Shown piece after piece: positions 49,160-61,649 of a stretch of DNA of 64,000 nt; within the stretch, counting starts at the first letter, position 1, and the number at the start of each line of letters is the position of its first letter. The notes under the pieces are model-generated. The model was not told the DNA's origin. It saw only the letters and a program-made list of their open reading frames with translations, and did no database searches. Source of the stretch: Neoechinorhynchus agilis (taxonomy: Eukaryota; Animalia; Acanthocephala); the NCBI GenBank assembly GCA_051530055.1, contig CM121342.1, positions 13,965,480 to 14,029,479 on the forward strand, in the 5' to 3' direction. Both the position numbers and the translations under genes were made by a program.

Positions 49160-50233
49160 TTGAAATCCTTAGAATATACACCAAATTTTCGACCTATGCC
49201 AAGTCCACTAAAGCGAGATAACTTGTTTCAAAAATATTTTTACCGAGAGATTCTCCTTTTGCTGTCTTTAAAGCTAAACCCTGCATATTGTCTAAATGTA
49301 AAACGGGAACGCTGCAATATTCCGAAGAGATCATCTTATCCACTATTCGACTATCGGCCACGAGCACCTACATACCTACCGCCGTTTATAGCAGCTGAGA
49401 ATTATAGGAAATCATTTGACACATTTTCAACAAGACCGACTTACGAGCCCAGGTATGCACAACATTACGCTCCAGTGCAACCAACGATAACTACATCTCA
49501 TGTTGGACAGTTAAAGCCGAAGAACTACGATTCCCAATTCCAAGCACAAAGACCAATGTTCTATGCACCAAGACTTATCAACACTGAGACCTATCCAATG
49601 CCAGTACAGCAGAGACCGTTTATATCACAATCAGTTGAAAAACCATCCACACCATTTAGATTTAATGTTCAACCTTCGCCACCAGTAAAATTCCATCAAA
49701 TACCACCTTTAACGGTTGAAACTCGACCACCACCGCCACCAATGCCAGCTCAAAACAACCAGGCTCAGATGCCAATAATAGAAGAGACTACAGGAAAAGT
49801 CGATGACCCACATATTGTCACTGAAAACAATATAAAGAATATTTTCCCGAAAAAAGGAGAGCACGTGATCGTGCTTAGAGATGATGGAATATTTAGCATT
49901 TCGAGAGTGACAGGGGAGATAGCCTTTCAGTCGTCCAAGTCATCGGGAGGTAAGAGTCGTAGATTATCTTCTCCACATGAACGAATCCGCGACCATCCAC
50001 CAATATGTTCATCCCACCGGTCAAGTCACCATCCGTTTCAGTGGTACACTGGACCTCCAGGTTCATTTTTAATTCACGAAGATGCAGCTATTCATTCCGA
50101 TCGATTCGATGGGTGGGTACCGATAGATCAATTCTATGGTATTGATGGCCAAGCTCAATATGTGCCTCAAATTGCAGAAATGTCGTCGTCAGATGAAGAA
50201 CTTAATTATAACGGCACTAAGAACTCCTCGTAA
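49160..50233 (+). CDS. Hypothetical proline-rich protein (true start uncertain)
   Basis: 357-codon open frame in AT-rich DNA with a Pro/Tyr/Gln-rich centre. No family recognised. Confidence 0.5.
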   Translation: MKSLEYTPNFRPMPSPLKRDNLFQKYFYREILLLLSLKLNPAYCLNVKRERCNIPKRSSYPLFDYRPRAPTYLPPFIAAENYRKSFDTFSTRPTYEPRYAQHYAPVQPTITTSHVGQLKPKNYDSQFQAQRPMFYAPRLINTETYPMPVQQRPFISQSVEKPSTPFRFNVQPSPPVKFHQIPPLTVETRPPPPPMPAQNNQAQMPIIEETTGKVDDPHIVTENNIKNIFPKKGEHVIVLRDDGIFSISRVTGEIAFQSSKSSGGKSRRLSSPHERIRDHPPICSSHRSSHHPFQWYTGPPGSFLIHEDAAIHSDRFDGWVPIDQFYGIDGQAQYVPQIAEMSSSDEELNYNGTKNSS

Positions 50234-50283
50234 TTTTTTATAAAAACTTTTATACATATTTGTAGTGGTCTCTTTTACACTGG

Positions 50284-53200
50284 TCAGCTGGTGAATTCAA
50301 TTATTATGCAAGCAGCCAAGTAGCACACATAAATGGCAATCAATGAGAATCCCAGTGGTTTTGAAAAGTGGAATCGACATAAAGGAAGCACGATGAGGGT
50401 AAGCGCGATAATTCCAACTAGGCTGTAAGTCACGACTATTTGAAGGAGTGATGTTTGTATGTACAATGGAATTGGGTACATTTGAACAGCCAAATAAGTC
50501 AACGGGATTCCCATTCCGAGTAGAATATCTAAAAGTTTTGTTCTAAGATGTGCTTAGTGTTTAAGTGGTTCTTACTTAGAAGTGGCCCCGCGTAGCATGC
50601 TGAAATCGCCATGTTAGGCATTCCATTCCGTGCCATTACCACGTCTGATACTGAATCTGTGATGTTTAAAGAATTTTTGTCTATATATTAATCAAATATG
50701 GTTTTTCTAGATTTAGTTCAGCTTTATCGACAAATACTAAACAGCTGAAAAATCGATTTCATCACTTTTCGATACTAAATCACCAACATCGAATCATGAA
50801 GACAGAAAAATTAAATTGAGATTTTGATTTTAAAAACGAAAGCCATTGTTTGTCGATGAACTATAACGGTCTTGAGTCCAAAAAACACAACAAATCTTTG
50901 AAAAATATATCAATATATGGGCTTTAATCAGCTCCGTTCCAATTCGCAAAGTTTAAGAAACTTTCCATGCTATTAAGAATTAAAAATTTAAGCTAGTTAA
51001 TGCCTTGATCTATGTAGTTTTTAAAACGATAACTGAAAGTGTCACACAATCCCTAGTAAAATGCTTGTTAATTCGAATTTCTTGGTCTAAACGCAACATT
51101 TTGAAAAAACTCTTTTCGATCATTTCAATCAATTAATAAATTAAAATTGGAACATCAAATCAAAAACTTATGGCACTGACATACCTGCCATGCTGTTTCC
51201 GAATGCAAGAAGAGTCATTCCCATCAATACTTGACTGATATTCAATATTATTCCAATCGCCTATTGATTTCCTGTAATTACCGCATCTTGCAAAAACTTC
51301 AGCCTTACATTTAACAGATTGACGACATTCTCTGCAATCACATATATCCAAATCATTGACATCGGAAAGGAAATTAACGCAAACACCTAAATAGCAAAGA
51401 TTATCAACATACCAATGGCAACCTTTCGAATTTTGAAGATTTAAATATATCATATATCATTGTCATCGAGATAAATTTGATTGTACGTTGGCGAATCCTG
51501 TCCCCGGTGTTATCGATACTCATGATTAGATTAATTTACAATAGCGACTGAAGAGGCAAGGAAAACCTTGTGAAATATTTCTCAAATAAATGAGTATCGA
51601 TAACATCGGGGCAGGATTCGCCAACGTACAATTTAAAGATATGGTATAAAATCATTCTAAACGATACGTCCTTAAAAACGAAGAGTAGCAATTTTTCGGT
51701 TGCATTCGGTTAAGACTGCAGCACGTAGGATTTTTCAGAAAAAGTATTAAAATTGGACTTACTTTAAAACCCAAAGTTTGAGTCCAATAATTAGGATTAA
51801 TTTTAAAACAGAGCTTTAAATACCATTGATGATATTAACGAGAGTCTATTAAAGTGTTTGCAATGAAATTTGCCTATAAGGATCCAAAGGATTTTATCGG
51901 TTACACCTATACATACCCAGATAAATCTTGGTTCTTCATTATAGAATGTACTTGCAAAGACGATGAGAAAAAACGCAAATCCAATTGGTAATACTATCGC
52001 ACCCAGTGGTACTTTTGCGCTTCCAACTTTGTACATCAAGGTTCCGGTAAGCAAAAGACCAGTTAGAGGAGACAACAAGCAGTGTAAGCTGTTAAGAACC
52101 CGATTCCAATTGTGATTTTCAACATCGTTCATAATTTGTGGACACGACAGGCGAAATAGCATCACGGGAATATACTAAAAATAAAATGAATGTTGTCGTC
52201 GTTCGATTTAGTACCCAAAATAGTTACTTTTCCCGAACCCAAATTTGAATTGACGATTGGAAATTTTTTAGTTCAAACTATCGAAATCGGTTAATATTAT
52301 TAACACTAGTTGTTAGACATCCTTTAAAGCAACTGTGAAACTGTTTCGTATGAATCGAAATAGAATATTTTACGAAATGCCCTAAATTAATTGAACTGCA
52401 AAAATAAAAACCTTCGGAACAATAGACTGAAGAAGGCCTACACGAAGGTCGAAAACGATCAAACAAATCAATTATTATAATTCGCTATAAAAAAGTAAAT
52501 GATGAACATCTTTACAAAAATAGATATGCTAACTCCACTTATATTCTTCTTTTTTAATAAGACACTTCTTCCACTTTAGGGTAAGTTATAGTGAAGAAAA
52601 TAGATAATTTAGGTAAGCCATAATAGACTGGATGTGATGTTTTTAAGAACACAAAGAAATAGTCATTTTTGGTCCGGGAAAAGTGAAATATAAAATTATT
52701 TGAATAGAATACCTTTATGATTGCCAATATCAGGCGCAGAGTGGTAGGTTCTCCGTCGTAAAGGGAGATCATTGCAATGATTTTCGAGCACGGAACAAGA
52801 GATAGCATCTTTCTGATAACCATTGCTTTATTCTATGAATACAAGTCTCAAAGTTTTGGTGAGTATATGGCGCGGATTGATCGCTCGAAGTCAGTGATGC
52901 TGATAATGCATCTAAGTCATCCGGAGATCTCCAATTATCCATATCTTCACTATGTATGTCGTCGGCTGGTTCTGCAGTTCCGATACGTTCATCAGGTTCT
53001 CCCACAGAAGAGGATTCGTCTATTAAAAGGTACTGTGCTTCATTCAAAGTTGATGTATTGCTTCTTGACCTGGGCCATAGATCAGCTCTTCTCCAACTTC
53101 GAATGCCATTAACGAGTGCTTTTACTATCTTGGTCGAAATCACAAACAAAACGTACGAGCCATAGACAACCAATAGGGCTTTTTACGAGCAAAAAGTAGT

Positions 53201-54559
53201 TCTTTAAATGCTTCCTTATTTTGTTTTAGTGCACTAACCTATGGCATCTTGTAACCTAATTTGCTGCCGGTAGATAATTGTTGAGATTAAGAAAGATGCG
53301 AGGAGCAAGAAAGTAATGTCTCTTAAAAGCGGTCGTTCGATTGATTTAAACGGGTTTGTCACTGATACTAAGCCAACTACTCCTGTGCATATGAATATTG
53401 CCGCTCCTGTTTTAGCAGTTTTTAGCAAATAAATTCACGGAATATGCTCACCTAATAAAGCTCCGAAAGCTAGTCCAGTCGATTCACCCAGCATAGCTGA
53501 TGGATCACGAGAAGACGACTTTTGCTTGCTGGAAAAAACTGCTAATGATGCTGATATGATATCTGGAGCTCCGTTGCCAAGAGCAAGTAAAGTTACACCC
53601 TAAAAATATTTTTTGATTTAACTTGATAGACAATAAAAAAATCAGAATAATGGCATTTCCAATAAGCGATAAGAGTCGCATTTACAATGAAGTGTTTCAA
53701 TGTAAAAGTTAAGAATCGTTTCAGGCTTACTAACTCCATAAATTAAAATTATATACAAAAGGAAGAAGTCTCAAACTTCTTTTGCGGCGCTTTAGTGTTA
53801 GAAACAACCTCTTAAGCAGTAGCGCTGAAGCACTCAAAAAAGCTGTTTTAATCTGACTTGCCGGTTACATTAATATTGTGTGTTGAAGTGATGTCTTTTC
53901 CATGGCTGATAATCTTTCCTTTAGACTGTGTGTCAAAGGAAAAAATATCAGTCGTGGAAAAGGCCTCACCTCAACACAGAACTCGAAGAAATATTTTCTC
54001 AGATTATGGTCGCCAAATTTATGAGGCATTAGTCGAAACATAAAGGAAATGACCATTAATAAGTGCAACTTTTTGACCGGAAACATTCAATAAAAAGAAT
54101 TTTGAAATGATTCAATGCGGCTAGGGTTCCATACTGACCGCAACGTTTTCACTAAGCCGCAACAACTCGGATATGTAGTGAAGTGATGGACAGAAGCTGA
54201 AAACGAGATGGATGGATGAATTTTAGCACACGTTGAACCTACAATTCATCGGCACAGATTCCAACACAAATGAAAAGTATGATAAGACAAATACCCTAAA
54301 CGATAGAATGAAGTTTTTTAACGGAAATGTTTTTTTTGTTGCTTACCAATGGTAGAAGGCTAAGAGGAACTAGTCTTTGAGAAAAGTTGCAATACACAAA
54401 TGCAAGGATATTGGCATATCCGCCTTGATGGCAGGTTGGTTCGTTTTTAGTGAAATCGCAGATCGCGCTGTAGTTTGCGATTGAATGAAGGTCACGACAA
54501 ATGAAAGATCGGCTGTCCGAATGTCTGTAGTGATTATAATCGATTGCAGATTGGTTCAT
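50284..54559 (-). CDS. SLC8B1: Na/Ca exchanger of the NCLX/NCKX6 (CCX) type, many exons
   Basis: CHQGGY.NIL..VYC, alpha-1 repeat GVTLLALGNGAPD, RDITFLLLA, WNRVLNSLHCLLSP, alpha-2 repeat GMTLLAFGNSMA, GMANMAISACYAGPLL and a terminal TM ending IIEFTS. Confidence 0.88.
51480..51632. mobile_element. MITE-like element with about 44-bp near-perfect terminal inverted repeats, in an SLC8B1 intron
   Basis: attgtacgttggcgaatcctgtccccggtgttatcgatactcat is mirrored by atgagtatcgataacatcggggcaggattcgccaacgtacaat. Confidence 0.78.
53879..53978. mobile_element. MITE-like fold-back (same family as 44200-44305)
   Basis: tgtgttgaagtgatgtcttttccatggctgataatctttcctttagac is mirrored by gtcaaaggaaaaaatatcagtcgtggaaaaggcctcacctcaacaca. 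Confidence 0.7.
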
Positions 54560-54889
54560 CTATAAGAGAGTATATCCGAAAAGCGTGATTTTTTTCAGTG
54601 TGAGTATATGACTAAGTGTGACAGTTAGATGCGTGAGTGAGTTGTAGATGGGGAAAGAGATGATGTTGCAGCGAATGAAAAATCCGGTGGCATGTTTACC
54701 GAAAGAAGTGGATGCAGGTGATTTGGGAAGGTTCCATTAAATTCGCACTAAAATTAGAGTGAATAAGCGAAGATTAATTACTAGCAGCTTTGATGCTTCT
54801 CATAATGTTGTTATACATTTTAAGATTAGAGTGAAGGTTTCAAGTGAAAATGATACGTTTTGAACATTATATTACGACTTTTATTCGTG

Positions 54890-55462
54890 TTAAGTGTTCA
54901 TTAGAGCTCGATATTCTTTAGCAAGTGATTCAATCGACTTCTTGTCTTCGACAGGCATTTTGAATTTCATTGGAACCATCTCGAATCTAATCCGATTTCT
55001 GCTCAAAGTTATCTCGTACTCTTGCAATTGTTTGAAAAATGATCGATTCGGATTTATATAAGGTCTTCGTGCTCTTATGGCATCCAAGGCCATGTCCAGG
55101 GAAACTTTACAACTCCATAGCAAATACGCTGCAATAAAGGACGGAGCGCGCGATATCCCAGAAGCACAATGCACGAGGATATTCTTTTTGAAAGAACGAG
55201 CTTCATGAATGTATGAATTGCTTTTGCTAAAAAGATGGGCAATATCGGTTTCCAGATCATCCCAAACGAGCAATTGGTATTGATTGACTCCTTCAATCGG
55301 ACGGTTATCTTTGAGACAGTACGAAAGGGTTGTTTCTATTCGATTTTTATTATCCTTTCGAAGACTGTTGAAGTCATTCAATGATCCAAGATACAAATAC
55401 GGCAAGATTTTACTCATCGAGAGATTGTCAGACTGTTGCGACATTCGTTTGTTGAACTCCAA
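54890..55462 (-). CDS. Atypical dual-specificity protein phosphatase
   Basis: ILPYLYLGS, WPD-loop Asp (VWDD), VHCASGISRA and RRPYINPN.SF.KQL.EY. Confidence 0.92.
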   Translation of the reverse strand: MEFNKRMSQQSDNLSMSKILPYLYLGSLNDFNSLRKDNKNRIETTLSYCLKDNRPIEGVNQYQLLVWDDLETDIAHLFSKSNSYIHEARSFKKNILVHCASGISRAPSFIAAYLLWSCKVSLDMALDAIRARRPYINPNRSFFKQLQEYEITLSRNRIRFEMVPMKFKMPVEDKKSIESLAKEYRALMNT

Positions 55463-55532
55463 TACATCGATTTTTTCAGACCTTATTGGTTGCTATGGAC
55501 ACTTTAGTGGGGAATTGAGTAAATGATATAAA

Positions 55533-56020
55533 AATCTCAAGTTTTAATTCTGTAATTCTTTATTTTTCTCTCCGAAGAGACAGTAAGGATTGCAGTGTTC
55601 CTGAGACTTTGGGTACGGATGTGCACATCCCATCGCTGCCGTTGCGGAGCGACCGTGGATCCCTCGCGACGCCATGGTCTCGTCTGTCGGCAATCAGGCG
55701 GAAGGCACACTCACGACACTCCGAAGGGAACGCAATTCTCTTAGTCGTGCCTTGAATACTGTGAATGCGCCCAACATCCTAGAGCCGAACAATCTTTGCC
55801 GACTCGATGATCTGACGGTGTCACAGTATTCCAGTTTTGTCTCGGGGACGCCGTTCGTATTTAGCAACATAAAATTCGACGCTATTAAACTGGAGGAGCA
55901 GAAGCAACCGCCGCTGAGGATCACCAAAAGAGATCAAATACAGGAACCTGAGTCGAAATCATTAGCGTCGTTCCCTTTGGGGTCGCGACACTCAGGTCGT
56001 TTCGTATCGCAGGACCTGAT
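55533..56020 (+). mobile_element. Decayed CRE-clade fragment, sister of 31327-31810
   Basis: The first 66 nt are identical to 31327-31392, and further identical blocks follow (for example gaacgcaattctcttagtcgtgccttgaatactgtgaatgcgcccaacatcctagagccga). Confidence 0.8.
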
Positions 56021-57571
56021 CCCATTTTACTTCAGTTTGGCATTTGCCAAAGATGTTGCAGTAAATGGGACCAGCGATTCGCTGATTAATAATTGCTGTA
56101 GAATGCAAAAACGGATATCATCTTTGGGGTGCAAAATCAAATTTTGCATTATAAGTTTTTATCGCTTTTTGAGAACAGACCTTTTAAAACGCGTTGGCCA
56201 AAGAAGCGGATGATGATCGGAAATTTTCTGCTTCCATTTGGTCGACGACTAAAATTCTAAGCAGGCATAAGATTTTCCCCATAGATGTAAAGATTACAAG
56301 TGTTATTTAGATCCTCACCCGGTAAATTAGAAGTTAATAGGCGTTGAATAGACCGAGAAAAATCTAGGTAAAACTATGGTTTATTATGCACACTAAAATA
56401 TTTTCATACCTCCAAACGCATCGTTTTATCCCCAAAAACCCAACCATTCCGAAATCTAAAATCAGAGCCAAGAGAACGTCTTTTCAAAAGTCGTGTTGTC
56501 GCTTTGACTCATTTTTACGAAACATGTAAACCCCCTCAGCGACGTTTACGAGATTTAAGTTCGCATTTTAGCTCTCTTAATTTTTGTCAATTTGGTATTT
56601 GCTCGTTTTTTTTGTCAAGTGCAAAACAATTCGAAGTCAATTTAGTGGCAAAAATTAAGAAAATCATTGCTTTGTAGCTTTTCGTGAAAAAGCAACAACT
56701 CATTTATGTAAAAAGTCATGTAGACGTTTACGGTGCTCGTGAAAGTTTACTTAATTTATGGCAAACGGCAATTATTCTTAGCGATAATGATTTTCTTGAT
56801 CTCGATAAACTCTACGTAACTAACAAAAAAGTGTTTTTTATTTAAAAAAGGATATCAGGACTACGCTTTGTATTCATCTGATACTCAAAGCGAGCTAGAA
56901 ATCATTGGGAAATGTTATGCGATTGGTGGTCAGAGCTTCGAAGACGCAATTAAAGGAGAAGATTTGAATTGATGACGACGGGAGGCAATTATTTAGTTGT
57001 TTCCCATCCTTCTATCGACAAAAGATAAAAAAAAATATTATTTTTACAACAATGACCTTGCTTCTCTATGTGCCATGTGAAAAGAAAGCTGTTACTAACT
57101 TGCAGAGATTTAATTGTTTTTCGTTCTTTAGAATGCAATTTGTTAATATTTACAAAGTGAAATTTTGAGCGATTCTCTTTTTACTCGAGTTCGCTTAAAC
57201 TTTCTCTCAAAAAAGGGTGTCAAACTGCATTCTGGCTTAAATTTCAATCCGTTTTGGGATAAGTTGAAATTATCAAAACTTAAAAAAAAAAGAATCTGAT
57301 ATGAACACCAAATAAAGGTGGCTATGAGCCAAACCGTGATTTTCAGAAGCACACGTGCGCACCTCGATACACGCCGGTATTTATGGCTCCATTGCTGTAT
57401 TGAATCGAGCCGTAGAGCAACAAAATGTGCCTCAATTCTCTTTATCGAGAGTACTTCACCTATTTCCCTACTCCCGACATTACAAATACGTTCATTGTAG
57501 ACGTCTAAGACAATTGCACGTGCACTATAACCGGATTTTCTATTTGAGAACTCTATGCTGTTCATTGAGAC

Positions 57572-58282
57572 TTGTTAACTAAAATGAGAAGATCAGCGAC
57601 AAATATTAAACTTAACCAATTGATAAATTTACACGCGAATTCCGAGATGTTGGGAAGGATGACCGATCAAGTTGTTCATGAATACAAAGAGGAAACAGAA
57701 GCCTTCGACAAAATCGCAAGAAGATATAAGATCGGAATGTGTTCATATTTCGTCGTCGTTGGTCTACTCCAAGTTTGTATTGGTACCTATACATTTGTTA
57801 AAATTAATGAAAGTGAACGTACGTACGAAGAATTGAGCCGGTATTTCCAATTAAGGAAATGGATTTTCGTAATCGGTCGTGTCCTAATCCTAAAATTGCC
57901 GCATATCTCGTTTTTCACATTAGCAACTGCGAAGGAAATATACTCTATATGATTTTTCTCCATTGAATAGATTACAAAATCCATTTCTAGAGACATTTAT
58001 GTGTTATGCACAGTATACATAATATTCGGATGCGTTTCGCTCATAGAAACCCTCATAATCTTCATGGAGAGTTTGGTCTTGTTCAATAGATATATAAAAA
58101 AAATTCAAGTGGTCTTCACCACTGTGGATGGCTTGTTGCAAATGGCGGTTCATCTTACAATTCTATCGTTCTCTCACAGAAAAGGGACCTATTGGACGAT
58201 CAGAGGACTCAATGCAGCTTCAGCCTATTTTCTAGTGGGCTGTTTTATTGCACAATGTGGAAAAATTGCACTCATAATATAG
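57572..58282 (+). CDS. Hypothetical multi-pass membrane protein (two ORF blocks, probably spliced)
   Basis: Several hydrophobic stretches in 57572-57952 and 58001-58282. No family recognised. Confidence 0.4.
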
Positions 58283-58676
58283 CTTTGCATAAATGGTATT
58301 TCTTACTTAAATAGAACGGCGCTTTTAGGAGTCTATACGTGAGCAGAATAGCGAATCAATGGTACATTTTCATTAAGACTAATCAAAATCAATAATGCCG
58401 AAGTTTAAAATCGCAGCATCAATCATGACCATAGTTTAAGGGCAGACTTCCTGAACGGCCCATAAGTGTCAACCCCAAATGGACCACGGACGCAACACCT
58501 TACAGCACCGAGGACGCATTATTTGATTGCTTGCTACCAACGAATCGAAGGCATTTACCCTACCACCAAGGGAAAATTCTTATTTCATCTCGGCATTTGC
58601 GCGGGGCACATTTGGGAGGAGACCAAGCCGAAGTAAGACGGCGATCATCACTGTTTCGTTTTCAAACACGATATCG

Positions 58677-58991
58677 CTACTGGTCGTGATCGGGAAACTT
58701 CGTCGAAGCGACCTTTAAAAAAATCGTAAGCTTAACATTTGAAATCGGATCACATTTTCCAATATTATTCGAATAAAGTATTTCGCTGTCTGGCACACAG
58801 TGGATTTTCCACTGAACATAATAGGAAGGAATTTTTGATTTATTTTTTTGATCGAGTATACTCTTTTGATGGGTTCTATTGTTCCCCGGTACGTTGTGTG
58901 GCAGCTCGTTCATCGCTGACCCTTTCACGAATGTTAAAACGCTCATGAGTAACAGTAGATTTGTTTTGTTATTTTGGTCGCTTGTCAACAT
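58677..58991 (-). CDS. Possible exon of a secreted hypothetical protein
   Basis: Signal-peptide-like NLLLLMSVLTFVKGSA and two Cys. Continuation unresolved. Confidence 0.25.
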   Translation of the reverse strand: MLTSDQNNKTNLLLLMSVLTFVKGSAMNELPHNVPGNNRTHQKSILDQKNKSKIPSYYVQWKIHCVPDSEILYSNNIGKCDPISNVKLTIFLKVASTKFPDHDQ

Positions 58992-60062
58992 TCGAGGGGG
59001 ATTATTGAAGAATAATGTATATTTCGACTGATTGTATCAGTCATTATCAATTCAATTGTTAGTAACATTCTTATGCGTGGCTATGCCGGTAATTTTTTGA
59101 TCGATATGTATAAGATTATTCTTTTTCACACCGAAATCGATAAATTGTGTATCCATTCAGAAATGTATGGTGAAAAAGAATAATCTTTTACATATCAATC
59201 AATTGTCAGTAAGTTTTACACAATGTGTGCACTCAGCTGGGTAAAACTTACTAACAATTGAATTGATAATCACTGATACAGTCAGTCGAAATATACATTC
59301 GTCTTTAATAATCTTCTCGGGCATCGGCAAGCGAACAAAATAACAATGCATCCATTTAACTCCGATTCCATTAGTTGCCATAAGTGTAATTGCTCCACTC
59401 CCTGTAGTTTCATGGAAATCACGATTTTCGTTGGCAAAGTTGATTTGGATAACACTGTGGAGCGTGCATGATTTTCGAACAAATCTGTCAAGACGCTCAA
59501 CTTTTAATCACTGATTCATTTCGATATTTGGTCCTAAGATCGTCTATCTTTGGTTGAGATCACGGAACTGTGCCAATGGTAATAAACGTCGGAATGATGA
59601 TTGTAGTGAGCGCTTTTTGTAGGCATCCTTCTAACTCGTCCGCCAAACATCGGGATGATCTAAAAAAAAGAAACAGCATCCAGGAAACATTTTATGCCCA
59701 ACTCTTTAAAACTGCGTAACGCTTAAAAGGCAACGACGTTGGATAGAAATCTAAAGGGCGGCGAATAAAGTCTTTGAGCGTTTTATAAGCACTTACCCTC
59801 CACATTAGGCGAATCTGGATAAACCCTGGGAAGTTTTCGATGACAAAGTTATTGATATAAAAAAGACAGCGTTGTCCAGTCCGTAAGCTAAACGGTGTTT
59901 ACAAGGAAGTTGTGCGACTCGTTGAGACGTTAAGATAATCGATCAAAGATGATTGCCTTGAAGTCCTTGCGTGCACGTCCACTAATTGGTGAATGATTTT
60001 CTACGGCTCTTATAGACAAAAGTTAATTTTTTGTAGTTTAGCTAACCGGTAACTTTTATTTT

Positions 60063-60165
60063 GTGTTTTTAAGTGTAGCCTTTTCCATGGCTGATAATTT
60101 TTCCTTTGGCACACAGCTTAGAAAAACAGTCCGAATAAAAGGCACACTTAATTCTTTAAAAACAC
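60063..60165. mobile_element. Third, partly eroded copy of the 44200-type MITE family
   Basis: Left arm gtgtttttaagtgtagccttttccatggctgataatttttcctttggc. Right arm degenerate (aaaaggcacacttaa...aaaaacac). Confidence 0.6.
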
Positions 60166-60615
60166 GAGAACTTAACACATTTCGATTTTGCCCAAATTTG
60201 ATCTTAAATTCGAATAAACTTCTGAGATTTTCTGATTAGAAAAAACGTTTTCTTCGACGACTAGAATTTCAATCATTGTTGATCAAAAACAAAAAGATTA
60301 GTTTTACACTCAGAAACAAAAGCGCTAGAGATTAAAATTCTACAGAGAATCCTAATCAAAAACAAAACAATTTTCAGGTGTACTGGGTAGTTAATAGATT
60401 GAACAAAATGTGTTACCGTTGCTGTGCTTCCATTTGACCAAAACCGCTACTGTCCCCTTAGAAGCCATTACGTTTTATTGATTATGATCAGTGAACCAAT
60501 TCTTCGAAGAAAAATCTATCCACATTAAAACACTCATGACTAAATAAATTTGAGTGGATCAAAATTTTAAGTCTAAGACTAAGCTAATTGGCCTCTGAAT
60601 TTTTTATTCAGCGTT

Positions 60616-61649
60616 CTATGGTCTATGTTGCACGTCTAAAGCGATTGCTCCTTTTGAAATCGTCCTTGAGTTCAACGCGTTCGGTCGTTGACGAAATAAA
60701 TTGAGATCGTTTTGATTTATTTGTCCTTGGTTCATTTGAGCATCGTTTGACCGCTGAAACGGTGCTCGAACATTCTCATGTTCAGTTCTCCAAGTCGAGT
60801 GCTGCTGAATGTGAGTTTCCAAACCGAAATGACTATTACTTGCGCGATTCGAAATCCACGCTAAATGATCATCTACGGTTGGTGAAAGTCCGTGATGAAA
60901 ATTATTGCTTTCTCGAGGAGGTTGGTTTTGATGCGTAGAAAGATGAGTGATTTGAGTGTACGATTCTCGAACAAATTCTGATCGGTATTCGGTATTTTCG
61001 AATTGAAGATCCGTAGCTCCTTGTGATGGAAACGATCGGTTGCCTGTTGGTCCATGGACGACTTGAGTTCTACGACGAATAGTGTCTCCAAAAACTAAAC
61101 GACTCTGAACTGGGGGTGCTCCGACCCCATTTCTCCGTACGTTTCTTGTATTATTTCGCTGGAAAGGTTCTCTTGCCAATGGATTCCGTGGACACGCATA
61201 ACTACGTAACCTGCTTGTTCGGCCTCGAAATGTCCGATTTATCCTGAATACTTGACAATCAGAAATCATTGGGTAGTCGATTAATTCAAACTGATTGCCA
61301 GTAAAGAGGCAGCGACGGATCGAACTCTAAATACCAAAAAGAGAATACTAAAATATATATTTGGCTAACAAAAATCACAAACCCGCCACATTGGACGCCT
61401 TCGCGTTAAATCAGGATAGTTTTGCGAAACATAATCGTAAATTTCATGGATGCAGCATTGATTAAAAATGCTATCCTCGATGGCATTCCGTACGAGTGCA
61501 GAGAATGTCCCATAAGGCAAACGAGGATCTTGTGTCATCGCTTCGGTCGTAATCTGTTCGGCGTTCAATCTCGACAAATTGTAAGACGATCGCGGATTAT
61601 GCTTTTGCAATGGCGATATCAATTGCTCAATTCTTCGCCTTTTGTACAA
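60616..61649 (-). CDS. Divergent forkhead-box protein, 2 exons (intron 61327-61382)
   Basis: RLPYGTFSALVRNAIEDS...IHEIYDYVSQNYP...W, spliced in frame to SSIRRCLF..NQFELI, is the forkhead H1-H2-H3 pattern. It is followed by an R/Q/N-rich tail. Confidence 0.75.
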
